Counted from the stretch's first letter, positions 16,972 to 25,666 are shown. The stretch is DNA of 64,000 nt from an uncultured Actinomycetota bacterium (GCA_963828605.1 CAWHER010000003.1:194871-258870), one strand, 5' to 3'. Notes: generated from the sequence alone by a model not told the origin. Made by a program: numbers and translations.

Positions 16972-18750
16972 ATGCGCCAGACGACGCGACCGACGCTGCG
17001 CGGCACCTTCGGAATGGTGTCCTCCAGCCACTGGCTGGTCTCCTCGGTCGCGATGGGGGTGCTGGAGCGCGGCGGCAACGCCTTCGACGCGGCCGTCGCC
17101 GGCGCCTTCATGGAGCACGTCGTCGAGCCGAACGAGAACAGCCCGGGCGGCGACGCCAACATCATCTTCGCCACGGCGGCCGACAACGTGCCCACCGTTC
17201 TGTGCGGTCAGGGTCCGGCGCCCGCGGGCGCGACCATCGACCACTACACCGGGCTCGGCCTGCGGGTGGTGCCCGGCACGGGACCCCTCGCCGCGGCGAT
17301 TCCCGGCGCCGTCATCGCCTGGCTGACCCTGCTGCACGACCACGGCAGCATGAGCCTGCGGGAGGTGCTCGACCCGGCCATCGGCTACGCCGCCCACGGG
17401 CACCCGATCATCGCCGACATCTCGACCAAGGTCGCCGGGATGGAGGAGATGTTCCGGACCGAGTGGACCACGTCGGCCGAGCTCTACCTGACGCACGGCC
17501 GGCCGCCGCTCCCCGGTGAGATGCACCGAAACCCCGCACTGGCAGCGATGTGGCAGCGCCTGCTCACCGAGGCGGAGGCCGGCACGTCCGACCGCGACGC
17601 CCAGATCGACCGGGCCCGCCGGATCTGGTCGGAGGGGTTCGTCGCCGAGGAGATCGAGGCGTTCGCCCGCCGGCCGGTGATGGACTCGAGCGGGCAGCGC
17701 CATGCCGGGGTACTCACCGGCGCCGACCTGGCCGGCTGGCGGGCGCCGTACGAATCGGCGTTGACCTACCGCTACGGCGACTGGACGGTCGCCAAGGCGG
17801 GACCGTGGGCGCAGTCACCGGTCTTCCTCCAGCAGTTGGCGCTCCTGCCCGACCCGGACCAGCTCGACTACGGCAGCGCCGACCTGGTGCACCGCGTGAT
17901 CGAGGGCGTGAAGCTCGCCTTCGCCGACCGCGAGGCGTGGTACGGCGACGGCTACGACACCCCGATCGATGCGCTGCTGTCCGAGGACTACAACAAGGGC
18001 CGCCGGGATCTCATCGGCCACGATGCCAGCCGGGAACTGCGGCCCGGCTCGCCCGGCGGACGGACACCGACGCTGCCCGCCTACCTGCATTCCGGCGTCA
18101 CCGAGCAGCCCGCGACCCCGGGCACGGGCGAGCCGGGCGAGGACTTCGTCGGGCGGAAATCCGACGGGGACACCTGTCACTTCGACGTGGTCGACCGGTG
18201 GGGCAACATGGTCTCGGGCACGCCCAGCGGCGGCTGGTTGCACGGCAACCCGGTAATCCCGACCCTCGGCTTCCCGCTCGGTACCCGGCTGCAGATGACC
18301 TGGCTCGAGCCCGGGTTCCCGACCTCGCTCACGCCGGGCCGGCGCCCGCGCACCACATTGTCGCCGTGCCTCGCGCTGCGCGACGGCGTACCGGCGATGG
18401 CGTTCGGCGTACCCGGCGGCGACGCGCAGGATCAGTGGGCCTACAACTTCTTCCTCGGTGTCGCGGTGGGCGGGCTGTCCCTTCAGGAGGCGGTCGACGC
18501 GCCCGGCTGGCACACGATGGCGTTCCCCAACTCGTTCTATCCACGCAAGAGCCAGCCCGCGTCCCTCTACCTCGAGGACCGGCACCCGGCCCATGTCGTC
18601 GACGAACTCCGCCGGCGCAGGCACGACGTCACCGTCGTGGAGCCGTGGTCGCTCGGCCGGCTGTCGGCGGTGGCCCGCGACCCCGAGACGGGTGTCCTGT
18701 CGGCGGCGGCGAGCCCTCGGGAGATGCGGGCCTACGCCGTCGGACGCTGA
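16972..18750 (+). CDS. gamma-glutamyltransferase family protein
   Basis: Intact 592 aa. The N-terminus is GMVSSSHWLVSSVAMGVLERGGNAFDAAVA. The autoprocessing/nucleophile context is GDTCHFDVVDRWGNMVSGTPSGGW. ATG 16972 follows GGAGGCAGG. Confidence 0.9.
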   Translation: MRQTTRPTLRGTFGMVSSSHWLVSSVAMGVLERGGNAFDAAVAGAFMEHVVEPNENSPGGDANIIFATAADNVPTVLCGQGPAPAGATIDHYTGLGLRVVPGTGPLAAAIPGAVIAWLTLLHDHGSMSLREVLDPAIGYAAHGHPIIADISTKVAGMEEMFRTEWTTSAELYLTHGRPPLPGEMHRNPALAAMWQRLLTEAEAGTSDRDAQIDRARRIWSEGFVAEEIEAFARRPVMDSSGQRHAGVLTGADLAGWRAPYESALTYRYGDWTVAKAGPWAQSPVFLQQLALLPDPDQLDYGSADLVHRVIEGVKLAFADREAWYGDGYDTPIDALLSEDYNKGRRDLIGHDASRELRPGSPGGRTPTLPAYLHSGVTEQPATPGTGEPGEDFVGRKSDGDTCHFDVVDRWGNMVSGTPSGGWLHGNPVIPTLGFPLGTRLQMTWLEPGFPTSLTPGRRPRTTLSPCLALRDGVPAMAFGVPGGDAQDQWAYNFFLGVAVGGLSLQEAVDAPGWHTMAFPNSFYPRKSQPASLYLEDRHPAHVVDELRRRRHDVTVVEPWSLGRLSAVARDPETGVLSAAASPREMRAYAVGR

Positions 18751-18796
18751 GCCTGCGCCCAGCACTCGGCGGGGCAGGTCCCCCGCGGCCGCCTCT

Positions 18797-18854
18797 CCAT
18801 GATCGTGATCGGAAATAGCCGCGAAACGCCGTATGGATCCGATCACGATCATGG
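18797..18854 (+). repeat. 58-bp palindromic intergenic element, copy 2
   Basis: CCATGATCGTGATCGG-aaatAGCCGCGAAACGCCGTatggat-CCGATCACGATCATGG. It starts 46 nt after the GGT stop codon. Confidence 0.9.
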
Positions 18855-18981
18855 AAATAGCCCGCACCGGAAGTCTTACGAAGTGCGAAACGGCCTCGAT
18901 TTCGGCCCGTACGAGGGTGAGTATCCGCGTCAGGAACGACACGATCTCCCCTTCCGTCAGGCCGTTCAACCGAGGAGAACC

Positions 18982-20118
18982 ATGAAGAGAAGCGCCCGCC
19001 TTGCCGGCGTCGGCGGACTCGCCCTCGCCGCCACCGCAATGTTCGCCGTACCGGCGTCCGCGTCGCAGGCCGATCACCACTCCCCCCGCCCGTCCGCGGT
19101 GTTCGTCCAGACCGACGACCCGGCCGGTAACGCTGTCGTCGCCTACCGCCGGTCACCCGACGGCAGCCTGCATCAGCGCAGTACCTACGCGACCGGCGGT
19201 CTCGGCGGCGTCCTCGACGGGTCGGTCGTCGACCATCTCGCGTCTCAGGGCTCGCTCACCCTCGACCGCGCCCACGGCCTGCTCTACGCCGTCAACGCCG
19301 GAAGCAACACGGTCACCGTCTTCACCGTCCACGGCGACCGGCTCAGCCGGCACGAGGTGACCTCGTCGGGGGGCGATTTCCCCGTCAGCATCGCCGCGCA
19401 CGGCCACCTCGTCTATGTCCTCAACGCCCGTGACGGCGGCTCGATCCAGGGCTACGTGCGGGTCGGCGACACCCTGGTGCGCATCGCCGCCTGGCACCGC
19501 AGCCTCGGGCTCGATCCGACGATGACGCCGGAGTTCACCAGCACCCCCGGCCAGGTGACGTTCACGCCCGACGGCTCCAGGCTCGTCGTCACCACCAAGG
19601 CGAACGGCAACGCCATCGACGTCTTCGCCCTGCACGGATTCCGCGGCCCGTCGACCACACCGGTCGTCCACGTCGAGCCCGGCGCCGTCCCGTTCGCGCT
19701 GACCTACGACGCCCGGGGCCACCTGGTTGTCACCGAGGCCGGCACCAACGCGGTTGCCACCTTCCGCCTGCACCGCGACGGCACCCTCAGCGCCATCACC
19801 CAGGCGGCGACCGGGCAGGCGGCGACCTGCTGGATCCTGCGCGTCGGCCCGAACTTCTACGCCTCCAACGCCGGGAGCGGCACCGTCTCCGGCTACCAGG
19901 ACCACGGCACCGGTGCGCTGCAGGCGCTCGGCAACACGGCGACTGATCCCGGCACCGTCGACTCCGCAGTGACCTCCGGCGGTCGGTACGTCTACGTGCA
20001 GACGGGTGCGAACGGAATCGTGGACGAATACCGCGTCGGCAACGACGGGTCCCTGACACCGCTGGGCTCGGTCACCGTTCCGGACGCCGTCGGAGGCGAA
20101 GGGATCGCCGCCTCCTGA
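18982..20118 (+). CDS. secreted beta-propeller protein (lactonase-like, 7-bladed propeller family)
   Basis: ATG 18982 follows GAGGAG. The signal peptide is MKRSARLAGVGGLALAATAMFAVPASASQA. Blade motifs repeat (LLYAVNAGSNTVTVFTV, LVYVLNARDGGSIQGY, LVVTEAGTNAVATFRL, FYASNAGSGTVSGY, YVYVQTGANGIVDEY). The ORF-track start at 18799 is the ATG inside repeat copy 2. Confidence 0.7.
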   Translation: MKRSARLAGVGGLALAATAMFAVPASASQADHHSPRPSAVFVQTDDPAGNAVVAYRRSPDGSLHQRSTYATGGLGGVLDGSVVDHLASQGSLTLDRAHGLLYAVNAGSNTVTVFTVHGDRLSRHEVTSSGGDFPVSIAAHGHLVYVLNARDGGSIQGYVRVGDTLVRIAAWHRSLGLDPTMTPEFTSTPGQVTFTPDGSRLVVTTKANGNAIDVFALHGFRGPSTTPVVHVEPGAVPFALTYDARGHLVVTEAGTNAVATFRLHRDGTLSAITQAATGQAATCWILRVGPNFYASNAGSGTVSGYQDHGTGALQALGNTATDPGTVDSAVTSGGRYVYVQTGANGIVDEYRVGNDGSLTPLGSVTVPDAVGGEGIAAS

Positions 20119-20126
20119 GTCCCACC

Positions 20127-20172
20127 CCGGCTACCGCGGTACGGATGACCTCACCCGTACTGCGGTAGCCGG
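20127..20172. terminator. 18-bp stem hairpin between convergent genes
   Basis: CCGGCTACCGCGGTACGG-atgacctcac-CCGTACTGCGGTAGCCGG, with one G-U position. The loop contains the HK stop codon (20151-20153), and the hairpin begins 9 nt after the propeller stop. Confidence 0.6.
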
Positions 20173-21170
20173 ATCATGAACCGGCACCCGGGGTCGACGT
20201 TCTCCACCGCGATCTCACCCTGGTGCGCCTCGACCAGGCCCCGGGCGATCGCGAGGCCAAGACCCGCACCACCGTCGAGGGCGGTCTGCGGCGACCGCGC
20301 CGACTCACCCCGGAACGCGACCTCGAAGATCCGCGGCAGGTCGCCGGACGGGATCCCGCCGCAGGCGTCCTGCACCATCAGCCACGCACCGGCGGTATCG
20401 GCACCGGCGGCGACCACCACCGCGCCGTCGGTCGGGGTGTGCCGGATCGCGTTGGCCAGCAGATTGCGGACCACCCGCGATAGTTCGGCGTCGCTGCCGC
20501 GGACCACCGGCCAGGCGGTGCCTTCGGCCCGGATGACGACCCGCTTGGCCTCGGCCGCGGGCGACGTCGACGCGATCGCGTCCGACACCAGGTCGGACAA
20601 CGACACGGCGTCCCACTGCAGGGGCAGCGCCCCGGCCTGGATGCGGGACAGTTCGAACAGATCGTCGACCATCCCTGCCAACCGGTCGGTCTCGCACCGG
20701 ATCCGGCGGTGATACTCGGCGACCTGCACGGGCTCGTCCACCACCCCGTCCTCCAGGGCCTCGGCCATCGCGCGGAGCCCGGCGAGCGGGGTACGCAGGT
20801 CGTGCGACACCCACGCGACCAGCTCGCGCCGGCTCGCCTCGAGCGCCCGCTCCCGCTCCTGTGCCTCGCGCTCCCACATGCTCCGGGTGGCCAGGCGGCG
20901 GCCCAGCAGCAGCGCCGAGCCCAGGCCGACGAGACCGGCGACCGCGACGACCATCAGCACGACCCCGAGATCGTGGTCGGACAGGAACATCGCCGACGCC
21001 GTACCGACGACCCCGGAGACCACCGACAGCACGGCGACCAGCACGACCACGAAGACGTTGGCCGTGACCGACCTGCGCCGGAGCAGCCACAGCGCGACGA
21101 CACCGACGATGACGACCGGGAGGGCGCAGCCCACGGCGATCGCGCCGACCGAGAACGCGTCGGGAATCAT
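20151..21170 (-). CDS. sensor histidine kinase (membrane-embedded sensing type)
   Basis: ATG 21168-21170 overlaps the RR stop (ATGA). There are three to four TM helices with almost no extracytoplasmic loop. The H-box is [15 protein letters not shown]. HATPase motifs are [11 protein letters not shown] and [21 protein letters not shown]. The upstream part of ORF 20151..21668 is out of frame with real coding. Confidence 0.85.
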   Translation of the reverse strand: MIPDAFSVGAIAVGCALPVVIVGVVALWLLRRRSVTANVFVVVLVAVLSVVSGVVGTASAMFLSDHDLGVVLMVVAVAGLVGLGSALLLGRRLATRSMWEREAQERERALEASRRELVAWVSHDLRTPLAGLRAMAEALEDGVVDEPVQVAEYHRRIRCETDRLAGMVDDLFELSRIQAGALPLQWDAVSLSDLVSDAIASTSPAAEAKRVVIRAEGTAWPVVRGSDAELSRVVRNLLANAIRHTPTDGAVVVAAGADTAGAWLMVQDACGGIPSGDLPRIFEVAFRGESARSPQTALDGGAGLGLAIARGLVEAHQGEIAVENVDPGCRFMIRLPQYG

Positions 21171-21874
21171 GTCGGCTCCTCGGCGTCGTAGCGGTAGCCG
21201 ACGCCCCAGACGGTCAGGATGCGGGTGGGTTTCGAGGCATCCAGCTCGATCTTCTCCCGGAGCCGGCGCACGTGCACGGTCACCGTCGCATGGTCGCCGA
21301 AGGTCCAGCCCCATACCCGTTCGAACAGCTCGGCCCGGCTGAACGCCGTACCGGGATGGGTGAGCAGGAAGGCCAGCAGGTCGAACTCGCGCGCGGTGAG
21401 GGTCAGTTCGGCTCCGTCGAGCGAGGCGTGGTGCGCTCCGACGTCCACGACCAGCCCCCCGTCGCGCAGCACCATCGCCGTGGGTGGCGGCGGCGCGGAG
21501 GTACGGCGCAGCACCGACCTGACCCGCAGGGCCAGCTCCCGAGGCGAGAACGGCTTGGTCAGGTAGTCGTCGGCGCCCATCTCCAGGCCGAGCACCCGGT
21601 CGGCCTCCTCGCCCAGCGCCGTGAGCATGACGATCGGCACCGGGTGGACGGCCCGCAGGGCCCGGCACACCTCCAGACCGGATAACCCGGGCAGCATCAG
21701 GTCGAGCACCACGAGGTCGGGCGGATCGGCCAGGGCGTGGGCGAGCGCGGCCTCGCCGTCGCTGACGACGTCGACAGCCAGCCGGTCGCGCTCCAGATAG
21801 CGGCGTACGACGTCGCTCACGGTCGGATCGTCGTCGACCACGAGGACCCGCGCCGACGACCGCTCGGTCGTCAC
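21167..21874 (-). CDS. OmpR/PhoB family response regulator
   Basis: Receiver domain ([10 protein letters not shown]...[14 protein letters not shown]...[31 protein letters not shown]) plus a winged-helix output domain ([31 protein letters not shown]...VWGVGYRY). Confidence 0.9.
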   Translation of the reverse strand: MTTERSSARVLVVDDDPTVSDVVRRYLERDRLAVDVVSDGEAALAHALADPPDLVVLDLMLPGLSGLEVCRALRAVHPVPIVMLTALGEEADRVLGLEMGADDYLTKPFSPRELALRVRSVLRRTSAPPPPTAMVLRDGGLVVDVGAHHASLDGAELTLTAREFDLLAFLLTHPGTAFSRAELFERVWGWTFGDHATVTVHVRRLREKIELDASKPTRILTVWGVGYRYDAEEPT

Positions 21875-21893
21875 GGCCGAAGCCTAGGCGCGC

Positions 21894-21925
21894 TTGCCTG
21901 TGACATTGATGTCAGGTTCTACCGT
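21894..21925 (+). promoter_or_regulatory. MerR-type promoter/operator (site S1) upstream of the OYE gene
   Basis: A TTGCCT -35-like hexamer, a 20-nt spacer containing the dyad TGACAT-tg-ATGTCA (21901-21914), and a TACCGT -10-like hexamer. ATG 21932 lies 6 nt after the -10, implying a leaderless mRNA. It is near-identical to site S2 at 25253-25283. Confidence 0.5.
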
Positions 21926-21931
21926 CGCGCC

Positions 21932-23056
21932 ATGGCCGACGACGCGGACTACCGCCACCTTCTCGCCCCCCTCCGGCACCCTGCGCTCCGTGCAGCTCAC
22001 CGGGTGGTCATGGCACCGATGACCAGGTTCCGCGCCGACGACGACGGCGTCCCGCTGCCGAGCGTCGCGCAGTACTACGCCCAGCGGGCCGGCGCCGCCC
22101 TCGTCGTCACCGAGGGGATCTGGCCGAGCACCCTCGGCCAGTCCGACCGGCACATGCCGGGGCTCGCGACCGGGCACCAGGTCAAGGCCTGGGGCGAGGT
22201 GACGGCGGCCGTGCACGCCGAGGGCGGCACGATCTTCGCCCAGCTCATGCACTCCGGGCGCTCCTCGCATCCGGACAACCGGCTGGACGGTTCAGTGCCG
22301 CTGGCGCCGTCGGCCGTCGCGCCGCCGGGGCTGCTGCACGTCGGCGGCACCAAGCGGCCCTATCCGCTGCCCCGCGTCATGTCGCACGACGACATCGCAC
22401 AGGCCGTCGACGACCACGTGCAGGCGGCCCGCAACGCGATGGCCGCGGGTTTCGACGGCGTCGAGTTGCACGGCGCCAACGGGTACCTGATCCACCAGTT
22501 CCTGAGCGACAACACCAACCTGCGCGACGACGAGTACGGCGGTTCGCCCGCCGGCCGCATCGCCTACCCGGTCGAGGTGACGCGCGCCGTAATCGAGGCG
22601 ATCGGGGCGAGTCGGGTCGGCATCCGCCTCTCCCCCGGCAATCCCATCAACGGGCACCTCGAGGCCGACCCGGCCGGTGTGTACCGGCCGCTGGTCGCGG
22701 CGCTCTCCGACCTCGGCCTGCGCTATCTGCACCTCACCGACAACACGCGGTACGCGGCACTCGCGGACCTGCGGCCGTACTTCTCCGGCCTGCTGATCGG
22801 CAACACCGGGTTCGGCCACACCACGACACCCGAGGCGGGTGATGCGCTCGTCCGGGACGGGCTCGCCGACCTGGTGTCGTTCGGCCGCCTCTACATCGCC
22901 AACCCCGACCTGCCGGACCGACTGCGGGACGGGCTGCCGCTCGCCGGCTACGACGAGCGGACGCTCTACACCCAGGCCGACGCCGGCTACATCGACTACC
23001 CGCGGGCATCCGCGCCCGTCTACGTGCGGGAGCCGGCCGTCGCCTGCGCCGGCTAG
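21932..23056 (+). CDS. NADH:flavin oxidoreductase / alkene reductase (Old Yellow Enzyme family)
   Basis: ATG 21932. Family motifs are RVVMAPMTRFRA, QYYAQRAGAALVVTEGIWPS, GVELHGANGYLIHQFLSDNTNLRDDEYGGS and ADLVSFGRLYIANPDLPDRL. Confidence 0.9.
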   Translation: MADDADYRHLLAPLRHPALRAAHRVVMAPMTRFRADDDGVPLPSVAQYYAQRAGAALVVTEGIWPSTLGQSDRHMPGLATGHQVKAWGEVTAAVHAEGGTIFAQLMHSGRSSHPDNRLDGSVPLAPSAVAPPGLLHVGGTKRPYPLPRVMSHDDIAQAVDDHVQAARNAMAAGFDGVELHGANGYLIHQFLSDNTNLRDDEYGGSPAGRIAYPVEVTRAVIEAIGASRVGIRLSPGNPINGHLEADPAGVYRPLVAALSDLGLRYLHLTDNTRYAALADLRPYFSGLLIGNTGFGHTTTPEAGDALVRDGLADLVSFGRLYIANPDLPDRLRDGLPLAGYDERTLYTQADAGYIDYPRASAPVYVREPAVACAG

Positions 23057-23087
23057 CCCGGCGACAGGGGGGCGGCCCACCTGCGCC

Positions 23088-23145
23088 CCATGATCGTGAT
23101 CGGGAAAAGCCGCGAAACGCCGTACGGATCCGATCACGATCATGG
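23088..23145 (+). repeat. 58-bp palindromic intergenic element, copy 3
   Basis: CCATGATCGTGATCGG-gaaaAGCCGCGAAACGCCGTacggat-CCGATCACGATCATGG. It starts 31 nt after the OYE stop codon. Confidence 0.9.
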
Positions 23146-23263
23146 CGGGTCGGGGAGATGCCACGGTCGGGTCGGTGATCTTTGCGTGGACGTGAGGTTA
23201 CGGGAGTCTGAACGGCCGAGCGGAATCATGCGGGCCGGGGCGGTGCTCTGGTACCACGAGTGA

Positions 23264-24427
23264 GTGACTGGATCGAATCTCTTCATCCTGGTGATGGTGG
23301 TCATCGTCGGATTGGGCTTCGACTTCACGAACGGTTTTCATGACTCGGCGAATGCGATGGCGACGTCGATCGCGACCGGCGCCCTGAAGCCGAAGATCGC
23401 GGTCGCCATTTCCGCACTCGCGAATCTGGTCGGGGCATTCCTGTCGCTGGCGGTCGCGGCCACCATCGCCAAGGGCATCGTCACCCAGACCGACGTCACG
23501 ATCACGGTCGTCTTCGCGGGCCTGGCCGGCGGCGTCGCATGGAACGTCACGACGTGGTACCTGGGTATCCCGTCGAGCTCGTCGCACGCCCTGATCGGCG
23601 GGGTGATCGGCGCCACCATCATCCACGCCGGCAGCAGCGCCGTGCTCTGGCACGGGGTCGCGTCGAAGGTATTCATCCCGGCGGTCTTCGCCCCGATCAT
23701 CGCCGGGTTTGTCACCGCGGCTGCGACGTGGCTCGCCTACCGGCTCACCCGCAAGACCAAACGCGGGGTGCGCGCGGCCGGTTTCCGATGGGGGCAGGTC
23801 GGCACCGCGACCCTGGTCTCGCTGGCGCACGGCACCAACGACGCGCAGAAGACCATGGGTGTACTGACCTTGGCCCTGGTCGCCAACGGCAGCATCTCCA
23901 AGTCCGCGACCACACCGGACTGGGTCATCATCGCCTGCGCACTGGCGATCTCGATGGGTACCTACGTCGGTGGTTGGCGGATCATCCGCACCCTGGGCAA
24001 GGGATTGATCGAGATCGAGGCTCCGCAGGGTTTCGCCTCTCAGGCCACGTCGGCCGCAGTCATCCTGTCCTCGACCCATTTCGGTATTCCGCTGTCGACG
24101 ACGCAGGTGTGCAGCGGCTCGGTGGTCGGCGCAGGCCTCGGTCGGGCACAGCCCGTGCGCTGGATCGTGTTCGGGCGGATGGTGGTGACCTGGGTGGTGA
24201 CCCTGCCGGCCGCCGGGGCGGTCGGCGCCCTCACCTACGCCGTCGTCAACGGTATCGGCGGGAACCTGGGCGTGACCTTGATGGCTCTGGCGTTGGCGGC
24301 TTATTGCGCAGGCATCTACGCGCTGTCACGCCGCACTACGGTCAACGCCACGAATGTCAACGACGCCTGGGACGAGAAGGGCGGGACCTCACACGAGCCC
24401 GCCGGCGCCGGGGTGGTGAGTAGCTGA
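23264..24427 (+). CDS. inorganic phosphate transporter, PiT family
   Basis: Signature motifs GFDFTNGFHDSANAMATSI and LAHGTNDAQKTMGV, with a multi-TM profile. The start is GTG. Confidence 0.9.
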   Translation: MTGSNLFILVMVVIVGLGFDFTNGFHDSANAMATSIATGALKPKIAVAISALANLVGAFLSLAVAATIAKGIVTQTDVTITVVFAGLAGGVAWNVTTWYLGIPSSSSHALIGGVIGATIIHAGSSAVLWHGVASKVFIPAVFAPIIAGFVTAAATWLAYRLTRKTKRGVRAAGFRWGQVGTATLVSLAHGTNDAQKTMGVLTLALVANGSISKSATTPDWVIIACALAISMGTYVGGWRIIRTLGKGLIEIEAPQGFASQATSAAVILSSTHFGIPLSTTQVCSGSVVGAGLGRAQPVRWIVFGRMVVTWVVTLPAAGAVGALTYAVVNGIGGNLGVTLMALALAAYCAGIYALSRRTTVNATNVNDAWDEKGGTSHEPAGAGVVSS

Positions 24428-24687
24428 TGGTGCTTGCCGACTCGTACGTCGAATGGGCGTCGATGTGGAAGATCCTGGTGATCAGCATCGCCGCGGGCGC
24501 CGGTCTGGTGACGGTCTATTCGATCGGCCTGCTGGCCCTGTCGGCGTCGGGATACCTCCGGCGCGGCGACACTGAGCAGGCCGCACCGCGGCGCAACGTC
24601 GTGGCGCTGGTCGCGGCCGCCACCTGCCTTCTCGTGGTGGCCGCCGGCGCCGCCTACGGTATCCGGGTGATCTTTACCAAGGGCTAG
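24427..24687 (+). CDS. small two-TM membrane protein, translationally coupled to PiT
   Basis: ATG 24427 overlaps the pit stop (TGATG). 86 aa with two hydrophobic helices (WKILVISIAAGAGLVTVYSIGLLAL and VVALVAAATCLLVVAAGAAYGI). No family recognised. Confidence 0.5.
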   Translation: MVLADSYVEWASMWKILVISIAAGAGLVTVYSIGLLALSASGYLRRGDTEQAAPRRNVVALVAAATCLLVVAAGAAYGIRVIFTKG

Positions 24688-24745
24688 CCGCCCGCTTGTC
24701 CGAACTCACGGTGGCGGTCGACCGACGTGGGTGAGAGGAGTAGTC

Positions 24746-25249
24746 ATGACCAGCTGGCACAACAGCCTGGGTGAGGACGGCCAGCGCCTCACCATTCTCA
24801 GCGTCCTGCCCCGTGCTCCCCTCACCCCCGCAGAAATCCAGGCCGCCGGCGAACTATCCCTCGGTCAGGCGATCGACGAGCTGTTCCGGATCGCGGGCGA
24901 GGACGGAAAAGCGCGCGTCATCACCCTCGATGTGACGTGGCAGGGCGAGGAACCCGTTTTCCTCGCCGAGGAGGAGGTGTCGCTGCGGGATCTGGCCGAT
25001 CGGCTGTACGGGTCCTTCGGTAGCGACGGTCTATCGAGTACCGTGCTACGGGTGCTCGGACCCGACGACGACCCGCTTGGCTTCCTCGCCACGGTCGACG
25101 CGGGCACTGCGGAGGACGACGCCGGTCGGGGCCCGCTGGCTGCACTGCTCCGCTTCCGCGAAGCGGTCCACCGGCTCTTCGGCGGTTCGGCCGACGAGGG
25201 GATCCCGCCGACCGTCCTCAGCCTGCTCTGCGGTCCGACCCGGCGTTGA
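24746..25249 (+). CDS. acidic cytoplasmic hypothetical protein
   Basis: ATG 24746 follows GAGAGGAG. 167 aa, Asp/Glu-rich, no TM segment. Codon usage is consistent with coding. No family recognised. Confidence 0.5.
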   Translation: MTSWHNSLGEDGQRLTILSVLPRAPLTPAEIQAAGELSLGQAIDELFRIAGEDGKARVITLDVTWQGEEPVFLAEEEVSLRDLADRLYGSFGSDGLSSTVLRVLGPDDDPLGFLATVDAGTAEDDAGRGPLAALLRFREAVHRLFGGSADEGIPPTVLSLLCGPTRR

Positions 25250-25252
25250 GCC

Positions 25253-25283
25253 TTGCACCTGACACTATGTCAGGTCCTACCGT
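25253..25283 (+). promoter_or_regulatory. MerR-type promoter/operator (site S2), 15 nt beyond the 3' end of merR
   Basis: TTGCAC, a 19-nt spacer containing the perfect dyad CCTGACA-cta-TGTCAGG (25258-25274), then TACCGT. The right half plus -10 (TGTCAGGTCCTACCGTCGC) matches S1 (TGTCAGGTTCTACCGTCGC) at 18 of 19 positions. Confidence 0.45.
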
Positions 25284-25297
25284 CGCAGCGCGGCCGG

Positions 25298-25666
25298 CTA
25301 GCTCGACGACCCGGTGGGACGGGCGTAGCGGGCCCAGACCTCGTCGAGCACGCCCTGGGCACGTGAGAGGTCGCGCATCATCTCGTCCAGGCGCTGCCGC
25401 TCGCGGCACAGCTCGACCTGCATGGTGCCCGCCAGGTCCTCCCGGTCGCGCTCGAGGTAGCGGAACAGCGCCGCCATCTTCGAGCTGCACAGCCCGGCCG
25501 CGAACAGCTCCTGGATCTCGATGACCCGCTCGACCGCATCGTCGGCGTACTCCCGCTGACCGCCGGCCGATCGGGTGCTGGTGAGGAGACCCTGCTGCTC
25601 GTAGTAGCGCAGCGATCTCCGGCTGACCGCGGTCCGCTCCGAGAGCTCGCCGATCCGGATAGCCAT
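25298..25666 (-). CDS. MerR family transcriptional regulator
   Basis: ATG 25664-25666 follows GAAGGGAG. The N-terminal HTH is MAIRIGELSERTAVSRRSLRYYEQQGLL, followed by a coiled-coil dimerisation helix. It has only two Cys (C60, C87), so it is not the Hg-binding triad type. Confidence 0.85.
   Translation of the reverse strand: MAIRIGELSERTAVSRRSLRYYEQQGLLTSTRSAGGQREYADDAVERVIEIQELFAAGLCSSKMAALFRYLERDREDLAGTMQVELCRERQRLDEMMRDLSRAQGVLDEVWARYARPTGSSS

Noticed and set aside
15323-21874. An MprAB-PepD-like stress module (an HtrA-type protease near an OmpR/HK pair, as in mycobacteria).
   Set aside because: The protease and the two-component system are 3.4 kb apart, on opposite strands, and separated by GGT and a propeller gene. 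Nothing in the sequence links them.
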